From Tabrizicola sp. (GTDB lineage: Bacteria; Pseudomonadota; Alphaproteobacteria; Rhodobacterales; Rhodobacteraceae), in contig NZ_JALHQD010000007.1 in assembly GCF_022842145.1 (NCBI RefSeq), positions 84,441 through 148,440 on the forward strand: a DNA stretch of 64,000 nt, given 5' to 3'. Below the pieces are notes generated by a model. The model had not been told where the DNA came from. It was given only the letters and a program-made list of their open reading frames with translations, and searched no databases. Both the position numbers and the translations under genes were made by a program. Shown in pieces: positions 10,858 to 19,171 of the stretch. The stretch's first letter is position 1; each line of letters opens with the position of its first letter.

Positions 10858-12639
10858 TCACAATCTAAGGTCTAAGGAAGCCCCGGCGGTAAGGCGCGGG
10901 GCGGAGGAATGCGGGTGGTCGTGCTCAGGCTGGTCTTGCCCCGTGGCCCTGCCGGCAAAGCGGGCGGCGGACCCCTCCGAGCCACCTGAACCGGACTGAT
11001 CCTGTCCAAAGCCGATGTCGGCTGCGGAATAGCCCGCGTCGCGCAGGGCATCCGCCAGTTCGCCGGCGTGGCGGCGGAAGAGGTCCAACGTCTCGGGCCG
11101 CTCAAAGGTGATCATCACCACCATACGGTCGGGGTTGGCCGCGTCGGGTTCAAGCCGCAGTCGGACAGTCCCCAGTTCATCCGGTGAAAGCGCAAGTTCC
11201 GTCGCCCCGTCCGCGCCGCGAGACAGGGCCGCCACGATCTGTGCCGCAACCGGCAAAGCCGGGCTGGCGTGCACCGCGTGTGGCGCTGCCTGCGTCGAGG
11301 GTCCCGTCGCCGCTGTCGCGCCAGGTGCGAAAAGGGGCTGCAGCGCCTCCTCTGCGCGCGCCGCATCATGATCGCGTCCCGCCGCAACCAGGGGCGATGC
11401 ATCCGCCCAAAGCACCACGGAAGGAGCGGCACGTGGTGCAGCAGTTGGGAATCCTGGAGCGTCGGCCCGGCGACTGGGTGCTGTCGGCCCGTCTGCGACC
11501 GCGGTCTCCAGGCGGCGCCCTTCTACCGCCTTGCCGTCTTCCTGCGGCGGGATCACACCCGCGCCACCGATTGACGTGGCCACTGCCGTCGGCGCGGTCG
11601 CGCCCGTGGGCAATTCCCGCGCGACAGCACGTGTTAGCGCGTCGTTTGCCGACAGGGGCAAGGGAAGGGAGGTGAATATCCGCTCCCAGAACCCGGCCTG
11701 AAGTGGTAGGGGCCGCACCTGATCGGCGGACTCAGGCTTGTCAGGTGCGGCAGCAGTCGAAGGCTGCGCTTCCGTGGCGGTATCGGTTCCCGGAGAATCC
11801 GTGCTGTCGCGGGCGGCGTTCACCGTGGTCGCGATGCTGTCCCGGATTGTCGCGGGCGTCTCCACAGGCGCCTGTATGGGCGTCGCCTTGCCCGTCGAAT
11901 CCGCCAGTGCAGGTGCCAGTTCCGGTCGATCCACTGCCACCACGGGCAAGGCTGCCGACGGCAACAGGTCTTGCACCGGAACCCGGTGACCCGCCGCCCG
12001 AGTCTGCTGTGGGTGGTCCTCCGATGTTGCACCCTCCACCCCCGGAGCGCGGTTCGCGGGAATGGATGGCAACCCTTCCGAATCCTTCCCCCCCGTCCGT
12101 GCTACCGTCAAAGCCGTGTCGGCGTTCGTCGACCGGAAGGAAGAACCCGCCCCCGATTCTTTCGCCACTGGCGGAGTGGCTGTGGCGTCCAGGCCCGACC
12201 GAATGGCGACGGACAGTTCCTTCGCGTCGGGCGCAGCGTCCAGATCCGCAGCCATCCTGCGAGGCGCGGTGATCCCCGAGTCGGGCGTCATCTCCACAGC
12301 CCGAGCCACCTGCGCCACGCTGTCACTTGGCGGACGCGAGATGCCATCATTCCGGGTTTCGGCCCGAACGGCGGCCCCTTCCAGCGGCGCGGCAGGCCCT
12401 TCCAACGTATCCGCCATACTCTCGCCGGTCGGCGTGACCCCATCGTCGGTCGCGTCGACGGGCAATGGCAGCATCTGTGCCACCGAAACCGCCAGCATGA
12501 CCGGGGTCGCCTCTGGAGCCGCATCGGAAGGCTCCGGTTCGAACGCGGAAAGGAACGCCCCGTCCGTCACCGGGGGGACATTCTCCACGACGTCGGGCGC
12601 GGAGGTCAGGTAGGGAGAAAGGACAAGCACAGTCTGCAT
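10858..12639 (-). CDS. fliK: flagellar hook-length control protein FliK
   Basis: 593 aa. Ala/Pro/Thr-rich disordered body and a C-terminal FliK domain (LSPDELGTVRLRLEPD...MVVMITFERPETLDLFRRHAGELADAL). Lies directly upstream of flgD. Confidence 0.8.
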   Translation of the reverse strand: MQTVLVLSPYLTSAPDVVENVPPVTDGAFLSAFEPEPSDAAPEATPVMLAVSVAQMLPLPVDATDDGVTPTGESMADTLEGPAAPLEGAAVRAETRNDGISRPPSDSVAQVARAVEMTPDSGITAPRRMAADLDAAPDAKELSVAIRSGLDATATPPVAKESGAGSSFRSTNADTALTVARTGGKDSEGLPSIPANRAPGVEGATSEDHPQQTRAAGHRVPVQDLLPSAALPVVAVDRPELAPALADSTGKATPIQAPVETPATIRDSIATTVNAARDSTDSPGTDTATEAQPSTAAAPDKPESADQVRPLPLQAGFWERIFTSLPLPLSANDALTRAVARELPTGATAPTAVATSIGGAGVIPPQEDGKAVEGRRLETAVADGPTAPSRRADAPGFPTAAPRAAPSVVLWADASPLVAAGRDHDAARAEEALQPLFAPGATAATGPSTQAAPHAVHASPALPVAAQIVAALSRGADGATELALSPDELGTVRLRLEPDAANPDRMVVMITFERPETLDLFRRHAGELADALRDAGYSAADIGFGQDQSGSGGSEGSAARFAGRATGQDQPEHDHPHSSAPRLTAGASLDLRL

Positions 12640-12685
12640 GGTTCCACGACTTCTGCCGCAACTGCCCCGTTATCCCGCCAAGAGG

Positions 12686-12700
12686 TTACCCATTCTTTAC
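12686..12700. promoter_or_regulatory. CtrA-box-like element (TTAC-N7-TTAC) in the fliK / flgJ-like divergent region
   Basis: TTACccattctTTAC has the same spacing as TTAA-N7-TTAA. Match judged by eye only. Confidence 0.25.
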
Positions 12701-12747
12701 CCCCATCGTGGATCGTTGGTGAAAATCCGACCGATCCAGAGGGCCGC

Positions 12748-13020
12748 ATGGACATTGCACCGATCACTCTGCCCCCCCCGTCGCGCCACGACCAGCTCAT
12801 GGCCAAGGCGGAGGAGCTTGAAGCCACCTTCCTGGCGGAAATGCTGGCCCACACCGGGTTGGGTGAAATGCAGGGCACCTTCACAGGCGGCCCCGGTGAG
12901 GCGCAATTCGCCTCGCTCCTGCGGCAGGAGCAGGCGCGGCTGATGGTCGAGAAAGGTGGCATGGGCCTGGCGGAACTCATCTTCAACTCGATGGTGGAGG
13001 CCGAGAATGTCAGCCCTTGA
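12748..13020 (+). CDS. rod-binding protein (single-domain FlgJ / CheL-like)
   Basis: 90 aa. KAEELEATFLAEMLAH...GEAQFASLLRQEQARLMVEKGGMGLAELIFNSM is the FlgJ N-terminal rod-binding domain, with no muramidase domain attached. Confidence 0.8.
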   Translation: MDIAPITLPPPSRHDQLMAKAEELEATFLAEMLAHTGLGEMQGTFTGGPGEAQFASLLRQEQARLMVEKGGMGLAELIFNSMVEAENVSP

Positions 13021-13315
13021 AGAACTTCTCGACCAGGCGGCCGAGGCCCTTCTTGCCGGAGACCTATCGGGTCTGGCGGGTCTTACCCCCCGGATCGAAT
13101 CGGCAGGCTTCCCGCAGGACCTTGCGACGGCCCAGCGTCTGCAAGCGAAGGCACAGCGGAATGCCCGCCTCCTGGAAGCCGCGACCCGGGGCGTGAAGGC
13201 CGCCCGCCTGCGCCTGGCCGAGATCAAGCGCGGGCCCATGCTGACCACCTACGACTCGCGCGGGTTGAAGGCAGACATTGCGCCGCAGGGCCTGAGCCCG
13301 GCCAGAAGGGTCTGA
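13007..13315 (+). CDS. hypothetical helical protein in flagellar operon (FlgN-like?)
   Basis: 102 aa from the ATG at 13007, overlapping the previous stop by 14 nt. All-helical Ala/Leu-rich sequence with no recognised motif. Confidence 0.5.
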   Translation: MSALEELLDQAAEALLAGDLSGLAGLTPRIESAGFPQDLATAQRLQAKAQRNARLLEAATRGVKAARLRLAEIKRGPMLTTYDSRGLKADIAPQGLSPARRV

Positions 13316-13352
13316 CCTTTAAGTCAAATGCCCTGCATTTGCCCGGCGGCGT

Positions 13353-13367
13353 TTAGGAATTGGTTAG
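13353..13367. promoter_or_regulatory. CtrA-box-like element (TTAG-N7-TTAG) upstream of flagellin
   Basis: TTAGgaattggTTAG, about 150 nt upstream of the flagellin ATG. Degenerate in both half sites. Confidence 0.2.
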
Positions 13368-13513
13368 CTGCTTTGGCCCTTCACTGGTCTTGCGCCTCAT
13401 GACGGGGCGGCGCTTTCCGGCCAGCCCGGCAAGCACGGACAGAACGCCTAAACTGCCGCCTCCGGTGGCTTTCCGGCCGTGAAACCTGCGGCCCCGTGTG
13501 AAGGACTGAATAC

Positions 13514-14722
13514 ATGTCGTCGATCCTGACCAATACCAGCGCGATGGTTGCCCTGCAGACCATGAAGGGCATCAGCGCCAACCTGAACAAGACCCAGGCG
13601 GACATCTCGACCGGCAAGACCATCGCCAGCGCGAAGGACAACGCCGCCGTCTGGGCCATCTCCAAGGTGATGGAATCGGATGTCGAAGGCTTCAAGGGCA
13701 TCTCCGACAGCCTTTCCGTCGGCAATGCCACGCTCACTGTGGCGCGCAACGCGTCGGAGTCCGTGACCAAGCTTCTGACCGAAATGAAGGGCAAGATCGT
13801 CGCCGCCCAGGCCGAAAACGTCGACCGCAGCAAGCTGCAGACTGACATCACGCAGTTGACCAAACAGATCGAATCGGTCGTCGGCGCGGCGCAGTTCAAC
13901 GGCCTCAACCTGGTTGACGGGTCGCAGACGTCGATCAACGTGCTGTCTTCGCTCGACCGCAGTGCGACCGGTGTCGCCTCCTCCAACATCCAGGTCACGG
14001 CGCAGAACCTGTCGACCGATGCGGGGTCGGCGCTGACAGGCACCGCGCTTGGCGCTGTGACCAACCCGACGGGTGCGCCGAACGCCACCAGCACCGTGGG
14101 GACCTTTGTCCTCCAGGGTGGCGCTGGGGCCCTTGCATCGAATGCGTTCGGTGCAAACCCGGCCACCGCAACCGCATTGATCGAAGGCGATGCCATCGAA
14201 CTGACCGTCGGTTCCACCACCGGACGCTACGTCGTGAAGGAAGGCGATACCAATGACGAGCTTGCCGAAGGCCTGCGCAATGCGCTGACCCAAGGCGGGC
14301 TCAACGGGTCCGACTTCACCTTGTCGGCAGCCGGTGGGGTCCTGAGCGTCACCAACAACACCAACACGGCAGCTGCGGTGGCGGTGACGGCGACGCGGGG
14401 TGAAGGCGGGCTGGCTGCGCTGGGCACGATCGACGTGACGGCTGATCCGGCGGCGGCGCTGGCCGACATCGAGGGCCTGCTGCAAACCTCGATCAACGCG
14501 GCGTCTAGCTTCGGTTCGTCGCAAAAGCGGATCGACATCCAGTCCGAGTTTGTTGGCAAGCTGACCGACTCGCTCAAGACCGGCATCGGCGCAATGGTCG
14601 ATACCGACATGGAGGAAGCCTCGGCCCGGCTGCAGGCGCTGCAGGTTCAGCAGCAGCTGGCCACCCAGGCGCTGTCGATCGCCAACCAGCAGCCGCAGGG
14701 TCTCCTGTCTCTGTTCCGTTAA
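13514..14722 (+). CDS. fliC: flagellin
   Basis: 402 aa. N-terminal MSSILTNTSAMVALQTMKGISANLNKTQADISTGK and C-terminal ...QALQVQQQLATQALSIANQQPQGLLSLFR are the conserved flagellin D0/D1 helices. Confidence 0.95.
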   Translation: MSSILTNTSAMVALQTMKGISANLNKTQADISTGKTIASAKDNAAVWAISKVMESDVEGFKGISDSLSVGNATLTVARNASESVTKLLTEMKGKIVAAQAENVDRSKLQTDITQLTKQIESVVGAAQFNGLNLVDGSQTSINVLSSLDRSATGVASSNIQVTAQNLSTDAGSALTGTALGAVTNPTGAPNATSTVGTFVLQGGAGALASNAFGANPATATALIEGDAIELTVGSTTGRYVVKEGDTNDELAEGLRNALTQGGLNGSDFTLSAAGGVLSVTNNTNTAAAVAVTATRGEGGLAALGTIDVTADPAAALADIEGLLQTSINAASSFGSSQKRIDIQSEFVGKLTDSLKTGIGAMVDTDMEEASARLQALQVQQQLATQALSIANQQPQGLLSLFR

Positions 14723-14729
14723 GCACTTC

Positions 14730-14757
14730 GGGCCGCGGGGGGTGACCCTCGCGGCCC
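14730..14757 (+). terminator. strong stem-loop 3' of flagellin (attenuator or mRNA-stabilising hairpin)
   Basis: A 12-bp GC stem (GGGCCGCGGGGG / CCCTCGCGGCCC with one G-U pair) and a GTGA tetraloop, 8 nt after the stop. No U-tract follows. Confidence 0.5.
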
Positions 14758-14793
14758 ACCGCACCCCAACGCTTTCGAACAGATGGACACCCC

Positions 14794-15165
14794 ATGACCT
14801 TCCATTCCGCCATCAGCTACGCCCGGCCCGAGGCACCGACCCGGTCCCTGCGTTCGGTCGAATACGATCTGCTCGCGCAGACCACGCAGCGGCTGCGCAC
14901 CGCCTGGACCCATCGCGACGCGGACTATCCCGCGCTGGTCGGAGCGGTGACCGACAACGTCACCCTTTGGTCCACGCTGGCCTCCGACGTGGCCTTGCCC
15001 GGCAACGGATTGCCCGCAGCCTTGCGCGCCCGGCTATTCTATCTTTACGAGTTTACCGCCAAGCACAGCCGCGCAGTCCTGGACGACAAGGCCAGCGTCG
15101 AGGTTCTGGCCGACATCAACATGGCCGTCATGCGCGGCCTGCGCGGTGATGGTGGTGCCAAATGA
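14794..15165 (+). CDS. flaF: flagellar biosynthesis regulator FlaF
   Basis: 123 aa. ...SVEYDLLAQTTQRL...NVTLWSTLASDV...LRARLFYLYEFT matches the FlaF family. Paired with flbT. Confidence 0.85.
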   Translation: MTFHSAISYARPEAPTRSLRSVEYDLLAQTTQRLRTAWTHRDADYPALVGAVTDNVTLWSTLASDVALPGNGLPAALRARLFYLYEFTAKHSRAVLDDKASVEVLADINMAVMRGLRGDGGAK

Positions 15166-15566
15166 GCGGCCTTGTCCTGAAGCTTGGGCCGCATGAACGG
15201 GTGCTGATCAATGGCGCGGTGATCGAGAACGGCGAAAAACGTTCGCGCCTTGCGATCATGACGCCCCACGCCAACATCCTGCGGCTGCGCGATGCCATCC
15301 ATCCAGAAGAGGTGAACACTCCCGTCCGCCGCGTTTGCTACATCGCCCAGCTGGTGCTGACCGGCGACGCCGAACCGGAGGATGCCAAGATGCAGCTTCT
15401 GCGCGGGATCGAGCAACTCAGCCAGGTGCTGACCGACTATGACAGCCGCACGCAGCTGACCCTCGCCAGCCGCGCGGTGATGGAGGCGCAGCCCTATCAG
15501 GCGCTCAAGGCCTTGCGATCTCTGCTTCCCCGGGAGGAGCGGCTGTTCGCCGCCGCGCGGGCATGA
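15162..15566 (+). CDS. flbT: flagellar biosynthesis repressor FlbT
   Basis: MSGLVLKLGPHERVLINGAVIENGEKRSRL is the FlbT N-terminal signature. ATGA overlap with flaF. Confidence 0.9.
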   Translation: MSGLVLKLGPHERVLINGAVIENGEKRSRLAIMTPHANILRLRDAIHPEEVNTPVRRVCYIAQLVLTGDAEPEDAKMQLLRGIEQLSQVLTDYDSRTQLTLASRAVMEAQPYQALKALRSLLPREERLFAAARA

Positions 15567-16354
15567 GCTTTCAGCCGGTCCTGCCGCTTTCCGGCTTTAC
15601 CGGCTGGGGGTTCCTCAAGCGCACGATGGAACGTCAGCAGGCGGTGCAGCAGGCGCTTCCGGTCCAGAAACGCGACGAGGCCTATTTTCGCGACAGGATC
15701 GCCAAGGCGGACACCGCCGAAAAGCTGGTGAACGACAAACGGCTTCTGCGCATCGCCCTCACGGCCTTCGGGCTGGAGGGCGATGTGAACAGCAAGGCCT
15801 TCATCCAGAAGGTGCTCGAGGGCGGCACCTTGAAAGAAGGCAGCCTTGCCAACAAGCTGGCGGACAAGCAGTACCAGAAATTTGCCGCGGCCTTTGGCTA
15901 CGGCGATTTTTCGGTTCCCCGGACGAAGATCTCGACCTTCCCGGACGAGATCCTGGCACAGTTCCGCGCCCGGACCTTCGAGACGGCCGTGGGTCAGCAG
16001 AACAACACCTACCGCCTGGCGATGAATGCCGAACGCGAGCTTCCGGCGCTCGCTTCGCGGACGATCAGTGAAGGCGCCAAATGGTTTACCGTTCTTGGCA
16101 ACGCGCCGCTGCGCGAGGTGATGCAGACGGCCCTCGGCCTGCCGAGAAGCTTTGCCTCCATCGACCTCGACCAGCAGGTCGCGGTCCTGAAGAAGCGGAC
16201 CGAAGCCACGTTCGGCTCGCCCGACATCGGCCAGTTCAAGGACCCCGCAAAGCTGGAAGCCCTGACGCGGCGGTTTATCCTTCAGTCCGAGATGCAGGGG
16301 CAACTGGCGGCCAATTCACCGGCGGCAACGGCGCTGATGCTGTTGCGGCACTAG
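15563..16354 (+). CDS. DUF1217 flagellar-cluster protein
   Basis: 263 aa. LPLSGFTGWGFLKRTMERQQ...YFRDRIAKADTAEKLVNDKRLLRIALTAFGLEGD is typical of DUF1217. Confidence 0.8.
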   Translation: MSFQPVLPLSGFTGWGFLKRTMERQQAVQQALPVQKRDEAYFRDRIAKADTAEKLVNDKRLLRIALTAFGLEGDVNSKAFIQKVLEGGTLKEGSLANKLADKQYQKFAAAFGYGDFSVPRTKISTFPDEILAQFRARTFETAVGQQNNTYRLAMNAERELPALASRTISEGAKWFTVLGNAPLREVMQTALGLPRSFASIDLDQQVAVLKKRTEATFGSPDIGQFKDPAKLEALTRRFILQSEMQGQLAANSPAATALMLLRH

Positions 16355-16393
16355 GCAGCGGCGGCGCACGGGTCTGGCAAGGCGTTAAACTTT

Positions 16394-16429
16394 CGGAGGG
16401 TCGCCACCGTGGCGGGTGCCCGTCCTCCG
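16394..16429. terminator. hairpin between convergent DUF1217 gene and fliI
   Basis: Outer stem CGGAGG...CCTCCG enclosing the palindrome CGCCACcGTGGCG. It abuts the fliI stop. Confidence 0.4.
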
Positions 16430-17740
16430 TCAGCCCTTTAGGTTGACTCGCAACCTTTCGAAACTTCCGGCGATCCCGTTGGCCGGTGCCGACTCTGCCA
16501 GAAACCCGTCCAGTTGCGGCCAGACCTTGATCGCGCGGTCGATCACCGGGTCCGACCCGGTCGCATAAAGACCGGCCTGGATCATCATCTCGGCCCGGTC
16601 ATAGGCCCCCAGAAGCCGCCGTGTCTCGCCGATCATCTGGTTTTCTTCCTCCGTGGCGGCCTCGGGCAAGGACCGGCTGACCGAGCGAAGCAGATCGATG
16701 GCCGGAAACCGCCCCCGCTCGGCGATCCGGCGGTCCATCACCACATGTCCGTCCAGGACCCCGCGCAGGATGTCGGCCACGGGCTCCTCCATGTCCGACC
16801 CTGCGACCAGGACCGAGAAGACCGCCGTGATGTCCCCTGCCCCCTCCGGCCCCGGACCGGCCCGCTCCGCTAGCCCCATGATCGTCTGGGTCAGCGAGGG
16901 CGGGAACCCGCGCAGCGAGGCGTCCTCACCCCCGGCCAGTGCGACCTCACGGTGCGCCTCGGCAAAGCGGGTGACGCTGTCGACCAACAGCAGCACATGC
17001 TTGCCTTGGTCGCGGAAATGCTCTGCCACCGCCATCGCCGTCATCGCGCACATCCGCCGCATCAGCGGGGACTGGTCCGAGGTCGCCGTGACCACCACGC
17101 TGCGCGCCATTCCAGAAGGGCCGAGCACGCGCTCGGTAAACTCACGCAATTCGCGGCCCCGTTCGCCGACCAGTGCGATCACGACGAGGTCCGCCTCCAC
17201 TCCGCGCGCGAACTTGGCCAAGAGCGAGGACTTGCCGACGCCCGAGCCGGCGAAAAGACCGATCCGCTGCCCGCGGACAAGGGGGAGCAGCGTGTCGAAC
17301 ACCGCCACGCCGGTTTCAAGCCGCGCACCCAGCCGCCGCCGGGATGCCGCCGGGGGGGCCGGTGCCCGCAACGCGCGCGCCTGCGCACCGCGCAGCAACG
17401 GGCGTCCATCCAGCGGCTGGCCGGTCGCATCGATGATCCGACCGATCCAGCTGTCGTCCGGAGCGATTTCGGCCTTTCCCAGAAGCTCGACCCGGTCGCC
17501 GATCGCCATGCCGTCGCCGGAGGCATCCGGGAGAACCGAACAGCGACCCGGAGTGAGCCGCAACACCTCGCCCCCTGCCACGCCGTCGCGGCTGTGGATC
17601 AGCACCCGGTCGCCGAGTGCTGCGGTTTCCAGCCCCGTCACTTCGGCCAGGCCGCGCCGCGTCTCCGCCACGCGCCCCAACCGCCGCACGGACGCGCTGC
17701 CGGCGATTTCCGCCAGGAGGCCATCGAAAAGTCCAGCCAC
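16430..17740 (-). CDS. fliI: flagellum-specific ATPase FliI
   Basis: Walker A GLFAGSGVGKSSLL, Walker B VLLLVDSVTRFA, and F1/T3SS ATPase homology throughout. The likely start is the GTG at 17740 (VAGLFDG...), preceded by AGGGAGAA. Confidence 0.92.
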   Translation of the reverse strand: MAGLFDGLLAEIAGSASVRRLGRVAETRRGLAEVTGLETAALGDRVLIHSRDGVAGGEVLRLTPGRCSVLPDASGDGMAIGDRVELLGKAEIAPDDSWIGRIIDATGQPLDGRPLLRGAQARALRAPAPPAASRRRLGARLETGVAVFDTLLPLVRGQRIGLFAGSGVGKSSLLAKFARGVEADLVVIALVGERGRELREFTERVLGPSGMARSVVVTATSDQSPLMRRMCAMTAMAVAEHFRDQGKHVLLLVDSVTRFAEAHREVALAGGEDASLRGFPPSLTQTIMGLAERAGPGPEGAGDITAVFSVLVAGSDMEEPVADILRGVLDGHVVMDRRIAERGRFPAIDLLRSVSRSLPEAATEEENQMIGETRRLLGAYDRAEMMIQAGLYATGSDPVIDRAIKVWPQLDGFLAESAPANGIAGSFERLRVNLKG

Positions 17741-17787
17741 GGGATTCTCCCTTTGTTCGCTCTCAACCGTTTCTAAAGGAATCACCC

Positions 17788-17802
17788 TTAAGCCTTGGTG
17801 AA
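17788..17802. promoter_or_regulatory. CtrA-box-like element (TTAA-N7-TGAA) in the fliI / flgB divergent region
   Basis: TTAAgccttggTGAA, about 25 nt upstream of the flgB ATG. One half site is imperfect. Confidence 0.2.
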
Positions 17803-17825
17803 GCAGGTCGAGGGAGAAGCCCCGA

Positions 17826-18209
17826 ATGTTCGAAAAACTGGAACTCACCCGAATGGCGCAGGCCCTGGCCGCGCAGTCCGGGTCACGCATGGCGGTGATC
17901 GCCGAGAACGTCGCGAATGCGGATACTCCTGGCTACAAAGCCAAGGACATGCCCGCGTTTGCCGACGTCTACGAAGCGGCCGGACTGGACATGCGCGCCA
18001 CCCGGTCAGGCCACCTCACGGCGGCTTCGCCAGCATCCATGCCGGTCCCCGACATCAAGCGCGGGCATGAATCGCCCAACGGCAACTCGGTCTCGCTGGA
18101 GGCCGAGATGGTGAAGTCGGTCGAGGCACGCCAGGGCCACGAGATGGCGCTGGCGATCTACCGGGCGACCTCGGATGTGGTCCGGGCCAGCCTTGGCCGG
18201 CCGCGGTAA
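17826..18209 (+). CDS. flgB: flagellar basal-body rod protein FlgB
   Basis: 127 aa with ENVANADTPGYKAKD. Confidence 0.9.
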   Translation: MFEKLELTRMAQALAAQSGSRMAVIAENVANADTPGYKAKDMPAFADVYEAAGLDMRATRSGHLTAASPASMPVPDIKRGHESPNGNSVSLEAEMVKSVEARQGHEMALAIYRATSDVVRASLGRPR

Positions 18210-18219
18210 GGGATAGGAC

Positions 18220-18603
18220 ATGGGCAACGATCTGATCTCGTCACTGTCCTTTGCCGCCTCGGGCATGGAGACGCAGGCGATGCGGCTGCGCCATGTGTCG
18301 GAGAACATCGCGAATGCCGACACGCCTGGCTACCACCGCAAGGTGATGACCTTCGAACAGGCGATGGACAGCGGACTTGTCCAAGCCGGTCCGGTGAAAC
18401 TGGACCAGACCGATCTGGCGAAGATCTACGATCCCGGGCATCCGCTCGCGGACGAAACCGGTCACTACGACGGCTCGAATGTCGATCTGGTGATCGAAAT
18501 CGCTGACGCGCGTGAAGCGCAGCGCAGCTACGAGGCGAACCTCAGGATGTTCGACCAGACGCGTCAGATGACGCAAAGCCTGTTCGATCTTCTGCGCCGT
18601 TAG
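18220..18603 (+). CDS. flgC: flagellar basal-body rod protein FlgC
   Basis: SENIANADTPGYHRK...SNVDLVIEIADAREAQRSYEANL. Confidence 0.92.
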   Translation: MGNDLISSLSFAASGMETQAMRLRHVSENIANADTPGYHRKVMTFEQAMDSGLVQAGPVKLDQTDLAKIYDPGHPLADETGHYDGSNVDLVIEIADAREAQRSYEANLRMFDQTRQMTQSLFDLLRR

Positions 18604-18614
18604 GGAGCTCCAGA

Positions 18615-18905
18615 ATGGACGTGAAAACCTCTTTCGTTTCTCAGGCCTACGCGAATGCCCGGACGGCCGCCGCACCTCAGCCAAAGGCGGGTGCGGCGGA
18701 ACAGGGCTTCGCTCGCCTGGCCGACAACTTTCTTGGCGCCCTGCAAGAGCACGAGCAGACGGCGCGCGCGGCGATGACCGGCGGCGCCGATCCACATGCG
18801 CTGGTCCAAGCGCTCGCCTCCTCGCAGATGGCGGTCGAGACCGTGGCAACCGTCCGCGACCGAGTGGTCGAGGCCTACCAGGAAATCCTGAGGATGCCGG
18901 TATGA
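18615..18905 (+). CDS. fliE: flagellar hook-basal body complex protein FliE
   Basis: 96 aa. C-terminal ...ASSQMAVETVATVRDRVVEAYQEILRMPV, in the canonical position after flgC. Confidence 0.85.
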   Translation: MDVKTSFVSQAYANARTAAAPQPKAGAAEQGFARLADNFLGALQEHEQTARAAMTGGADPHALVQALASSQMAVETVATVRDRVVEAYQEILRMPV

Positions 18906-19168
18906 CCGAGGCCATGATCTATGACCTGACCCGCCAGGCCCTGTGGGTCTGCGTGGTGATCTCGGCGCCCCTGCTGACGATTGCCCTCGTGGTCGGGGTG
19001 GTCATTGGCCTGTTCCAGGCACTGACCTCGGTGCAGGAGATGACGCTTACCTTCGTGCCCAAAGCTGCGGTGATGCTGGGCGTCTTCTGGCTGTCGATGA
19101 GCTTCATGACCTCGACGCTGGTCACCTTCTTCACCGAAACGATCATCCCGCAGATCGCAGGGAGCTAA
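18902..19168 (+). CDS. fliQ: flagellar export apparatus protein FliQ
   Basis: 88 aa, two TM helices, ...GLFQALTSVQEMTLTFVPK. Confidence 0.9.
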   Translation: MTEAMIYDLTRQALWVCVVISAPLLTIALVVGVVIGLFQALTSVQEMTLTFVPKAAVMLGVFWLSMSFMTSTLVTFFTETIIPQIAGS

Positions 19169-19171
19169 GCC

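Noticed and set aside
10858-12639. FliK as a pseudogene or tandem-repeat array because of its low-complexity Ala/Pro/Thr-rich body
   Set aside because: The reading frame is intact over 593 aa and has a conserved C-terminal FliK domain. I saw no exact DNA tandem repeats, and compositional bias is normal for hook-length rulers.
11971-12747. Upstream part of the 349-aa plus-strand ORF antisense to fliK
   Set aside because: Only the last 90 aa (rod-binding domain, ATG at 12748) carry a recognisable family signature. The rest is an Arg/Pro-rich shadow of fliK.
13316-13513. Sigma-54 (TGGCAC-N5-TTGC) or sigma-28 (TAAA-N15-GCCGATAA) promoter upstream of flagellin
   Set aside because: I checked GG-N10-GC and TAAA-N15 spacings by eye (TTGGCCCTTCACTGGTCTTGCG, CTAAACTGCC...). 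None fits the consensus spacing.
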